In this document: one piece after another, positions 1-8,243 of the stretch | Layout: every line of letters starts with the position of its first letter | Position numbering within the stretch: the first letter of the stretch is position 1 | NCBI GenBank assembly: GCA_016937995.1 | Contig: JAFGVM010000022.1 | Span: forward strand, 1 to 37,870 | Source of the DNA: Candidatus Delongbacteria bacterium | GTDB taxonomy: Bacteria; UBA4055 | Length of the DNA stretch: 37,870 nt | Direction: 5' to 3' | Made by a program: the position numbers and the translations under genes | Notes under the pieces: generated by a model | What the model was told of the DNA's origin: nothing | Database searches by the model: none | Seen by the model: the letters and a program-made list of their open reading frames with translations, nothing else

Positions 1-1
1 A

Positions 2-505
2 ATGTCCCTGTGGATCGCTGAAAAAGGGTTTGAAGTATATGGAATTGATATCTCTCCGACCGCAATAGATTGGGCGAAGGAAAAAGCCGCTGATTTGAAT
101 CTTAAGGCTTATTTTAGATTGGACAGCGTGCTTGATCTAAGTGAATTTCCTGACGATCACTTCGATTTCATTCTTGACGGCCACTGCCTGCATTGTATAA
201 TTGGAGATGACAGAAAAAAGTTTCTAACTGAAGCCCTTCGAGTGCTGAAACCGAACGGTTTTTTCTTTTCCGAAACGATGTGCGGAGAACCCAAGGAGCC
301 GTCGGTGCTGGAAATATTTGATCTCAAAACAAGATGTATGATCAGAGACGGTATAGCAGGCAGATATATCGGTTTGGCTGAAAATATTATTGAAGAGTTT
401 AAAAAAGCCGGATTTGATTTAATAAGCACTGAAGTCAGTCCTGACCCTGACGGACCAGATGATCTGAGAATTCAAGCTACAAAAATAATAAGAGGATTGT
501 TTTAG
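2..505 (+). CDS. Class I SAM-dependent methyltransferase (probably 5'-truncated by the window edge)
   Basis: Motifs 'VYGIDISPTAIDWAKE', 'FDFILDGHCLHCI' and 'RVLKPNGFF'. The glycine-rich motif I is absent, so the gene likely starts upstream of the window. Confidence 0.85.
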   Translation: MSLWIAEKGFEVYGIDISPTAIDWAKEKAADLNLKAYFRLDSVLDLSEFPDDHFDFILDGHCLHCIIGDDRKKFLTEALRVLKPNGFFFSETMCGEPKEPSVLEIFDLKTRCMIRDGIAGRYIGLAENIIEEFKKAGFDLISTEVSPDPDGPDDLRIQATKIIRGLF

Positions 506-520
506 AAGGATAAATGAGTT

Positions 521-1042
521 ATGAAAATCCGCAAAGCAAATAAGTCAGATATTGAAGGTATTGCAAAAGTTCATTTTACTACAATGATGTCAACTTACAA
601 GGGTTTAATGCCGGATGAGTTTCTTTCTGCCCGAACTTTAGAAGAAAGAATAGATAAATGGAACGAAACTTTTGAAAGTGATTATGAGATATTACTTGTA
701 GCTGAATCTGAAGGAAATATCGTAGGTTTTTGCGGAGGTGCAAAGAACGATCTTCCAGACTTGAAAGATAAATATAAATATGAGCTTAAGAAGATATATG
801 TTCTTAAGGAATATCAGGATCATGGGACAGGTAAGTTTCTGATCAATGAATTTGTAAAAAAAGTCAGAGAACACGGATATAATTCTATGTTTCTATGGGT
901 GCTCGCCAGTAATCCCTACAGAAGATTTTATGATAAACTCGGTGGGAAAGTCGTAGCTGAGAAAGAATATCATCCAGCAGGTCATGTCCTTAAAGGTGAA
1001 GGCTATGGGTGGGACAACTTGGATAACTTCCAAAGATTATAG
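521..1042 (+). CDS. GNAT family N-acetyltransferase
   Basis: N-terminal 'IRKANKSD', acetyl-CoA motif 'IYVLKEYQDHGTGKFLI', and 'LWVLASNPYRRFYDKLGG'. Confidence 0.9.
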   Translation: MKIRKANKSDIEGIAKVHFTTMMSTYKGLMPDEFLSARTLEERIDKWNETFESDYEILLVAESEGNIVGFCGGAKNDLPDLKDKYKYELKKIYVLKEYQDHGTGKFLINEFVKKVREHGYNSMFLWVLASNPYRRFYDKLGGKVVAEKEYHPAGHVLKGEGYGWDNLDNFQRL

Positions 1043-1055
1043 TTTATAGCTGTTT

Positions 1056-2663
1056 TTAATATCTATAGATCCAGATAGGATTGGACATCGCATAATTGTT
1101 GGACAGATCTCCGTTTGGAGCATGATAAACTGAGTTGATCTCGATCCGGAAATAGCACGAAATTTTATCTTCAGGAATATCAATAGTATCTTCAAACTCA
1201 AAAATATCATTTTTAGGAGAATTAGTATAGATAACTTTTTCACCTGATGACTGGAGATTACCTCTGAAGATCAGCACACTTTTTATATGCCCTGAATGAT
1301 TTGAAGACTTTATATTGAAAAAAAGTTTCAGATCACCTTCTTTAGTTATGATCTCATCACCAAAAGTATATTCAGTCTCGTTTTTATCAGTAATAATAAA
1401 ATTAACATGTGGACCGTTCGTGATATATGAGAGACCATTATTTAAAGCTGCAAGTACATTTTCTGTAGAATTTGATTCAGCTTTAACAACTGTCCTGCAT
1501 CTTCCAAAGATCTGTTTATTTTCTTTTGTAAGCTTGAACATGGGAAATTTAATTTGACGGAATAAGTTGAAATTGCCGTGAGCATCATTTCCTGCGACAA
1601 TGAACATCTTTCTGCCGCTTAAAAGCATTTCAACCCACTTATTCTTACCAGCCTGAAAATTCTCATCAAATTCACCATTAAGGATCTGTAAAAGCTTAAG
1701 CTTCTCATTACTTAGATCAGCATTATCCCAAACACCTCTTTTTATCAGGAAATATTCTAATAAAGGAACTTTATTCAAAGGATGCGCAGCTATCAGTAAG
1801 GTGTTTTCGTCGGCTGTTCTTATAACATTATCAATCGAATTTGTACTGTGCCTGTCAAGCCATTTTTCTGCACTGTCACCCTCACCATAGAAAAAATCTT
1901 TATTATTTAGTGCAAGCATATGTACATTTCTACCTTTACTGTTCCTGACAGTGATCTCCTCACCCGCAATAAAGTTTATATCTTCATCAGTAAGATCTGC
2001 ACAAACAGATCTCATTTTATGAAATAAGGGAGTATCAACATCTCTTTTCAGATAATTGTCTACTTCATCATCAAGATCATAAGAATGATCCGTAACTCCC
2101 ACAAAATTAAGACCAAGACTTTCTGAGCAGTCTCTTGTCATGGTCAAAGGAGCTCCAAACTCAACCTGATCGGAAGTAAACTGAGAATGATAATGCAAAT
2201 CACCCTGTAAGAAGCCATCGAACATTTCTTCGTTATCATCAATAAATACTTTAAGCTCAGTGATCTCTTTATTAAAATTATCGTTAACATATTCCAGTTG
2301 AACACCATTAATGGTAACTTGTATCTGTGCCTCTACATTAGCGATCCCGCTCACATCATCAAACTCAAAATGAAAAGACCTGCAATAGAATTTTTTATCA
2401 ATGTCCTTTTTAACCAGATATGTTTTTGCGAAATGCGTACCGTTCTCGAAATCAAAAGAAAATTTAACAGCATGCAGCCTTACAGGATACTTGTCCGCAT
2501 CTTTAATTAGAATGAAAACAGGTACATTTTTACTTAAGGTTTTATATGGAAGGTCGATCAATATTTCGGGTTCTTTTTTAAAATACGTGGAAAAATGGAA
2601 ATACTTAAATCGATAATGTATTTCGGGATAAAGAGCAACTAGTGGTAATAAACTTGGATCCAT
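1056..2663 (-). CDS. PHP-domain metallohydrolase (CehA/McbA-like) with an N-terminal beta-rich extension
   Basis: PHP motifs 'GDLHYHS', 'VTDHS', 'GEEIT', 'AAHP', 'AGNDAH', plus C-terminal 'YITNGP' and 'AMSNPIWI'. Confidence 0.8.
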   Translation of the reverse strand: MDPSLLPLVALYPEIHYRFKYFHFSTYFKKEPEILIDLPYKTLSKNVPVFILIKDADKYPVRLHAVKFSFDFENGTHFAKTYLVKKDIDKKFYCRSFHFEFDDVSGIANVEAQIQVTINGVQLEYVNDNFNKEITELKVFIDDNEEMFDGFLQGDLHYHSQFTSDQVEFGAPLTMTRDCSESLGLNFVGVTDHSYDLDDEVDNYLKRDVDTPLFHKMRSVCADLTDEDINFIAGEEITVRNSKGRNVHMLALNNKDFFYGEGDSAEKWLDRHSTNSIDNVIRTADENTLLIAAHPLNKVPLLEYFLIKRGVWDNADLSNEKLKLLQILNGEFDENFQAGKNKWVEMLLSGRKMFIVAGNDAHGNFNLFRQIKFPMFKLTKENKQIFGRCRTVVKAESNSTENVLAALNNGLSYITNGPHVNFIITDKNETEYTFGDEIITKEGDLKLFFNIKSSNHSGHIKSVLIFRGNLQSSGEKVIYTNSPKNDIFEFEDTIDIPEDKISCYFRIEINSVYHAPNGDLSNNYAMSNPIWIYRY

Positions 2664-3316
2664 TAAGCTATTTTATCTTTGTTTAGTTTTCCTGCTAAAA
2701 ATATAGTTAATAATATAATGAAAATCATCCCTAAAGGAAAATATTTCTGCAATACATCTGTTCCGTATAAAGCATCAATACTGCTGTTGAAATTAATGAA
2801 CATAACAAAAACAAGTATATTGAACAACCTTACAGGGAATATGATCTCAAATCTTAGCTGTATCAAGCCGCTTATAATAATTATCCAGAAATTATACAAA
2901 GTAATACTGAGAAGCATACCCAAATGTTGTTTTTCGAAATTCACATTGAGTAACCCGTATGATCCAAAATACAAAGCTAATGATGAAAAAAGAACTCCGA
3001 ATATTAATCCTAAAGAAAAGATGACAATTGTTTTTGTTAAAATAAGCTGTCTCAGAGAATAACCCATTCCTAAAAATCTGGGTATCCTTTTTTTGACCCT
3101 GTCCAGATAAAAAGAAAAATCGATTAAAGGTGATATGAAAAAGAATCCGAAAAAGTAGAAGGACAGAACATTTGAGTTTTTCTCAAAGAACGAAAAGAAC
3201 AGGACATACAATATTATCATAAAGCTGAGGATCAGCTTGATCCTTACCCTTTGATCCTTCCTCAAAACAAAGATCTCGTTCCACATTAATCGTGAGTAAT
3301 TACTCATCATAATCAA
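2663..3316 (-). CDS. Integral membrane protein, ABC-2 permease-like
   Basis: About six hydrophobic segments. The loop 'LDRVKKRIPRFLGMGYSLRQLILTK' resembles the ABC-2 permease cytoplasmic motif. It overlaps the downstream start by 1 nt. Confidence 0.55.
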   Translation of the reverse strand: MIMMSNYSRLMWNEIFVLRKDQRVRIKLILSFMIILYVLFFSFFEKNSNVLSFYFFGFFFISPLIDFSFYLDRVKKRIPRFLGMGYSLRQLILTKTIVIFSLGLIFGVLFSSLALYFGSYGLLNVNFEKQHLGMLLSITLYNFWIIIISGLIQLRFEIIFPVRLFNILVFVMFINFNSSIDALYGTDVLQKYFPLGMIFIILLTIFLAGKLNKDKIA

Positions 3317-3322
3317 GCTTTT

Positions 3323-4099
3323 TTAGTTAAAATAATCCACTGCATTTTGAAATATTTTCAGACCGTCAGGTTCATGATCTACTGGAAGATCTCTGAAGTT
3401 TGGATGATGGAATTTTTCCACATTTCTTTCAGGATGTGGCATCATGCCCAGAATTTTACCGGTAATATCAATAAGTCCGGCAACACCTGCCTTCGAACCG
3501 TTCGGATTAAAAGGGTATTTTTCGGTTGGTTCTTTATTTTCATCAACGTATTGAAAAGCAACAAGTTCTTTATCAAAAAGAGCCTGATATTCGTTATCTG
3601 TCTTAGTGATCAGTTTACCTTCTGCGTGAGCAGCCTGTATCTTCAAAATTCTACCGTTAAGGTCTTTTAACCAAGGGGAATTAACGTTCTCAGGTATTTT
3701 AAGGTCCACCCATCTGCATTCAAAGTGAGCATTATCATTCCAGTACAATGAAACATCCGGATTTCCCAGATTGTTATAAGGCAATATTCCTAAAGTTGTT
3801 AATACCTGAAAACCATTGCAGATACCTATGATCAGTTTCTTTCCCTGAATAAATTGAAGCAGTTCATCTTTAAGTTTAAGAAGATTGTGAGCCAGGATCT
3901 TTCCACTTTTAACATCATCACCATATGAAAATCCACCTGAGAAGACAAGAATATCATAATCAGAAATATTTTTCTCACCTGATAGTATCATATTCAGGTG
4001 TACTTCTTCAGAAACAGCACCAGCAAGTTCAAATGCTCTTCCAGTTTCTACATTACAATTAATACCGTCTGTTATCAGAATTAAAACTTTTGGCTTCAT
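3323..4099 (-). CDS. purQ: Phosphoribosylformylglycinamidine synthase glutaminase subunit PurQ
   Basis: 'GINC', 'GGFSYGD', catalytic 'GICNGFQ', 'NPNGS' and 'GMMPHPER'. Confidence 0.95.
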   Translation of the reverse strand: MKPKVLILITDGINCNVETGRAFELAGAVSEEVHLNMILSGEKNISDYDILVFSGGFSYGDDVKSGKILAHNLLKLKDELLQFIQGKKLIIGICNGFQVLTTLGILPYNNLGNPDVSLYWNDNAHFECRWVDLKIPENVNSPWLKDLNGRILKIQAAHAEGKLITKTDNEYQALFDKELVAFQYVDENKEPTEKYPFNPNGSKAGVAGLIDITGKILGMMPHPERNVEKFHHPNFRDLPVDHEPDGLKIFQNAVDYFN

Positions 4100-4135
4100 T
4101 TTATCCTCAATTTGTGTTGAATTTAAGATAGTATG

Positions 4136-4164
4136 AATATATGTTTTTTGAGATTTAAAGTCAA
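4136..4164 (-). promoter_or_regulatory. Putative sigma70 promoter for purQ
   Basis: Minus strand reads TTGACT-17 nt-TATATT, ~37 nt upstream of the purQ ATG. Confidence 0.5.
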
Positions 4165-4263
4165 TCAGTTATATACTATAGTTTTTTCGTAAAATATTAT
4201 TATATATTCTTGCATAACGGCACATTAAAAACTTATATTATTTTGAATGTTACAGGAGAAGGG

Positions 4264-5391
4264 ATGAGCAAATATTTTAGCACTTTAATTCAACACAGAA
4301 GAGAATTGCACAAAATACCTGAGATATGCTATAATGAGCATAAGACCGGAGACTACATTTTAAATATTCTTCAAACCTTGAATTGTTTTGAAATAAGAAA
4401 AATGGCAAAAACCGGTTTGGTAGCATCTTACAAACCCATGGAAGGACAATACATAGCTTTCAGAGCTGACATGGACGGTCTTAAGATCACTGAAGAGACC
4501 AGTTATGATTTCAAATCTGAAAATCACGGTTATATGCATGCATGTGGTCATGATCTTCACATGAGTATGCTGTTAACACTTGCAGTATGGATCAGTGAAA
4601 ATAAACCTTTAAAGAATATATTACTTATATTTCAGCCTGCAGAAGAGGGTCAGGGTGGGGGAAAGCTAATGGTAGAAGAGGGTCTTTTCGATATTTATGA
4701 TGTTGAAGAGATCTATGCTCTTCACAATATAAATGAATTTCCTGTGGGTTCAATCGCATTTAATAACAATAAAATGTTCGCTGGAACTATTGAATTTGAG
4801 ATCACTCTTTCAGGAAAAGGAGGTCATGCGGCATCTCCGCATGAAGGGACTGATGTGAATACCGCAATGAATTTTCTTGCACTTATGCTCAATACTATTA
4901 CTTCAAGATATTTAGATCCTATCAATGAGAATGTTCTGTCGATAGGTATAACATGCGGTGGTGAAGCAGCTAACATTATACCTGACACATCGACTATAAG
5001 AGGAACTGCCCGGTCTTACACAGTAAATGAGCTTGAATTTATAAAAAAGAAAATTAACGATATGACCAGCGGGATATGTATAGCTTATGACTGCAGGTCG
5101 GAATTTAAACTTCATTCGGAATATATACCTGCAATAAATAATAAAAATATTGTTGAAAAATTGAAAACAATAAAGTTTGACAATAACCTTAGTCTCATTG
5201 ATTGTAAACCTAAAATGACAGGTGAGGATTTTTCATTTATGCTGGATAAAGTTCCCGGTGCAATAATTTGGCTTGGAGCAGGAAACGATACCAATAGAGA
5301 GTTCGGTTTGCATAACTCAAAATACGAACCTGATGAATTAGCTATGGAATATGGATTTGAACTGTTCGTAAAACTGATAGAAAAAATTTAA
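4264..5391 (+). CDS. M20D family amidohydrolase (N-acyl-amino acid amidohydrolase / N-acetyl-DAP deacetylase-like)
   Basis: 'RRELHKIPE', 'FRADMDGL', 'MHACGHD', 'FQPAEEG', 'GGHAASPH', 'GEDFS', 'LHN'. ATG at 4264 follows AGGAG and is preferred over the TTG at 4210. Confidence 0.9.
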   Translation: MSKYFSTLIQHRRELHKIPEICYNEHKTGDYILNILQTLNCFEIRKMAKTGLVASYKPMEGQYIAFRADMDGLKITEETSYDFKSENHGYMHACGHDLHMSMLLTLAVWISENKPLKNILLIFQPAEEGQGGGKLMVEEGLFDIYDVEEIYALHNINEFPVGSIAFNNNKMFAGTIEFEITLSGKGGHAASPHEGTDVNTAMNFLALMLNTITSRYLDPINENVLSIGITCGGEAANIIPDTSTIRGTARSYTVNELEFIKKKINDMTSGICIAYDCRSEFKLHSEYIPAINNKNIVEKLKTIKFDNNLSLIDCKPKMTGEDFSFMLDKVPGAIIWLGAGNDTNREFGLHNSKYEPDELAMEYGFELFVKLIEKI

Positions 5392-5402
5392 TTATACATA
5401 AT

Positions 5403-5876
5403 ATGGAGATATCTATGGAAGATATCAGTGTACCAAAGATAAAAAAAGAAGTTATTGTTGCTTTCAAAGATGGTGGAATAATAAAAAAGCATCAGTTAAC
5501 TATCTTTTTGAACAAACTTTCTGAAAAAAGAACAGGTGAGCAGACTATTATTGAACTTCTTAACAGTGTCAAACAGTTCGTACCGTCATTTGTTACTAAC
5601 GGCGAAGAAAGGTTCACTATCATCAATCTGGAGTCTGTGCTTTATGTTCAGGAAATTGAGGAGTTGGAAGAGGAGATCAAAGAAGATGAAAAAATGCTTT
5701 CAGTTCAGTTTATAACCGGAGAAAAATTGAAAGTAGTAGCTCATGAGGATCTTCCTGAGTACAGGTCAAGAACAGTAGATTTCCTCAACGGAGATCATGT
5801 TTTTCTGACATTTGTTAAGGATTGCAAGAAGATACATATCAATAAAACCAAAATCAATAAGGTGGAGATCTTATGA
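5403..5876 (+). CDS. Hypothetical protein with a duplicated small beta domain (DUF6812-like)
   Basis: Two similar halves: 'QTIIELLNSVKQFVP...IINLESVLYV' and 'RTVDFLNGDHVFLT...HINKTKINKV'. ATGA overlap with pilT. Confidence 0.6.
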   Translation: MEISMEDISVPKIKKEVIVAFKDGGIIKKHQLTIFLNKLSEKRTGEQTIIELLNSVKQFVPSFVTNGEERFTIINLESVLYVQEIEELEEEIKEDEKMLSVQFITGEKLKVVAHEDLPEYRSRTVDFLNGDHVFLTFVKDCKKIHINKTKINKVEIL

Positions 5877-7252
5877 GTAATTTAGAAAAATTCCTAAATG
5901 CTATGGTTACAAAAAATGGTGAGGAAATGGTACTGAAACTGGGTGAACCTCCTTACATGATAATTGCTGGTAAAGAGAGAGTTTTAAATCCCAATCCATT
6001 AAGTGCTGAATTCATTTCCTCTATAAAAAAAGAATACAAAGAGCTTTTTAACGATCAGGCCGGCTTTAATTATAGCGGTGCCACTTTTAATTTTATGTCT
6101 GATGAAACTTCAGTAGTTTTCAAGAATGCAAAAGCAAGTACGAGTACAGCTACGAATATCAAGATCGATGATCTTTTACGTTTTATGCTCGATAATAATG
6201 CATCCGATCTCCATTTAAGTACAGGAAGTAAACCTATACTTAGAATTGACGGCGATATGATGATCCTTGAGGATTATCCCGAATTAACTGAAAATGATCT
6301 TTGGACAGTTATAAATCAGATCACTCCAGAAAAGAATATTAAAGAGTTCAAAGAAACAAATGATTCAGATTATGCATATGAAATTACAGGCTTATGCCGT
6401 TTCAGGGCAAATATTTTCCGTGACAACAAGGGTGTCGGAGCAGTTTTCAGACAGATACCTTTTGAGATCCTGACCCCTGAAGTCCTGAATATACCTGAAG
6501 CTATAATCGAGTTATGCAGTATGCCTAAAGGTCTGATACTTGTAACAGGTCCGACTGGATCAGGCAAATCAACTACTTTAGCTGCAATGATAGACCATGT
6601 GAACAGAAATACACAAAAACATATTATTACAGTTGAAGATCCGGTTGAGTTTGTGCATCAGAATAAAAAATGTCTTGTCAACCAGAGAGAAGTGGGGGAG
6701 CATACCCAGACCTTTAAGAAAGCTCTGAGGGCTGCATTGAGAGAGGATCCTGACGTTATTCTCGTTGGAGAGATGAGAGACCTTGAAACTATCGCTATCG
6801 CGATAGAAATGGCGGAAACAGGCCACCTGGTAATGGGAACACTTCATACGAACACCGCAGTTGGTACAGTTGACCGTATAATCGATCAGTTCCCGGCTAA
6901 TCAGCAGAACCAAATAAGAACTATGCTCGCTGAATCATTGATCGGAGTTGTTTCACAGATGTTATGTAAAAGAATTGGTGGTGGAAGGGTCGCAGTATAC
7001 GAAACACTGATAGTTACTACCGCTGTTTCAAATCTTATCAGAGAAAGTAAAACTTTCCAGATACCGTCACTTATGGAGGTTGGTAAAGGTGTTGGTATGA
7101 GACTTATGACAGACAGTTTTATTGATCTTATCAATGAAGGTATAATAACTGTTGAGGAAGCAATGAGCAAAGCGGTGGATAGAAATCAGCTTATTCATAT
7201 TATGGGTAATAAAGGAATGTTGGATCTGCTTGAACAAGTGGGAATTCAATAG
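5873..7252 (+). CDS. pilT: Type IV pilus retraction ATPase PilT with an extra N-terminal domain
   Basis: 'ASDLHL', Walker A 'GPTGSGKST', 'TVEDPVE', 'ALREDPDVILVGEMRD', His box 'GHLVMGTLHT', and AIRNLIRE-like 'AVSNLIRE'. Confidence 0.92.
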   Translation: MSNLEKFLNAMVTKNGEEMVLKLGEPPYMIIAGKERVLNPNPLSAEFISSIKKEYKELFNDQAGFNYSGATFNFMSDETSVVFKNAKASTSTATNIKIDDLLRFMLDNNASDLHLSTGSKPILRIDGDMMILEDYPELTENDLWTVINQITPEKNIKEFKETNDSDYAYEITGLCRFRANIFRDNKGVGAVFRQIPFEILTPEVLNIPEAIIELCSMPKGLILVTGPTGSGKSTTLAAMIDHVNRNTQKHIITVEDPVEFVHQNKKCLVNQREVGEHTQTFKKALRAALREDPDVILVGEMRDLETIAIAIEMAETGHLVMGTLHTNTAVGTVDRIIDQFPANQQNQIRTMLAESLIGVVSQMLCKRIGGGRVAVYETLIVTTAVSNLIRESKTFQIPSLMEVGKGVGMRLMTDSFIDLINEGIITVEEAMSKAVDRNQLIHIMGNKGMLDLLEQVGIQ

Positions 7253-7269
7253 TGAATATATTTAGCAAT

Positions 7270-7303
7270 AAAAAAGGGTTGAATTTTTTTTTAACCCTTT
7301 TTT
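7270..7303. terminator. Bidirectional intrinsic terminator between convergent genes
   Basis: AAAAAAGGGTT...AACCCTTTTTT hairpin with A/T tails on both sides. Confidence 0.7.
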
Positions 7304-8231
7304 ATTGTAATTTTTTCTTTCCTTTTAGCATCCATATTATACCTCCTGAAGAGCTCACCAGTAATGAAGTTGTAATGATAAGAAAATCAAGTGAAGCTGA
7401 CATCTCAGCATTAATTCCTACTGTACTCAAAAGATAAACCCATGATACTGCGCTAAGTCCAAGTCCGTTAGGAGCTACAGGCACCATTTTGATTATGCCT
7501 ATGGTTGCAAAAAAAACAATTGCGTACAAATAGCTAAGATCGATCCCGATACTCAAAATTATAAAATAAACAAAGAAACCTTCTACGATCCTGAATACGA
7601 ATGATATTAAAAGAACATTTAGAAGTTTCCATGAAACAGATGAATAATCTCTGAAGTCTGATAAGAATGTAAACTTTCGTTTGAATAATTTTTCTACAAA
7701 TACAGTGATCTTTTGATTTGTTCTCTTGTTTATCAGAACAATGAATGCACCCATCGCTGAAGCCAGAAGCAATAAAGCCAGATAAATGAACAAAGTATCA
7801 TTTAATATATCCATAAAAATGATACCGCAAATTCCAAGAATAAGTAAAGCAACCAGACCGACCATTCTCTCAACAATTACAGATGATACTGATACTACCT
7901 TATTCCCGGTAGCTTTTGTAGCCCCGATCATCCTGCTTACATCCCCACCGACAGAACTTGGGAGAAAATTGTTAAAGAACATCCCTATAAGATATTCATT
8001 AAAAGCGGTAATATATTTTATTTTTGCGTTACGAATAGACAATAAATATTTCCATCTAAAAGCTGAGATCATAACAGAAATTACCAAAAATAAGATTCCT
8101 GTTATCAAATATTCAACATGAATGGATGCTAAGGTATTAATGAATTTTTTAAAATCAACTAGATATCCAAATAGAAATCCAATCAGTAAAAGAGAAATAA
8201 CGATCTTAAATATGTTCTTTTTATTCATCAA
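7302..8231 (-). CDS. Lysylphosphatidylglycerol synthase TM-region / flippase-like (UPF0104) membrane protein
   Basis: 'AFRWKYLL', 'GMFFNNFLPSSVGGDVSR', 'VIVERMVGL' and 'PVAPNGLG'. Confidence 0.88.
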   Translation of the reverse strand: MMNKKNIFKIVISLLLIGFLFGYLVDFKKFINTLASIHVEYLITGILFLVISVMISAFRWKYLLSIRNAKIKYITAFNEYLIGMFFNNFLPSSVGGDVSRMIGATKATGNKVVSVSSVIVERMVGLVALLILGICGIIFMDILNDTLFIYLALLLLASAMGAFIVLINKRTNQKITVFVEKLFKRKFTFLSDFRDYSSVSWKLLNVLLISFVFRIVEGFFVYFIILSIGIDLSYLYAIVFFATIGIIKMVPVAPNGLGLSAVSWVYLLSTVGINAEMSASLDFLIITTSLLVSSSGGIIWMLKGKKKLQ

Positions 8232-8243
8232 TGTAGCTGCAAA

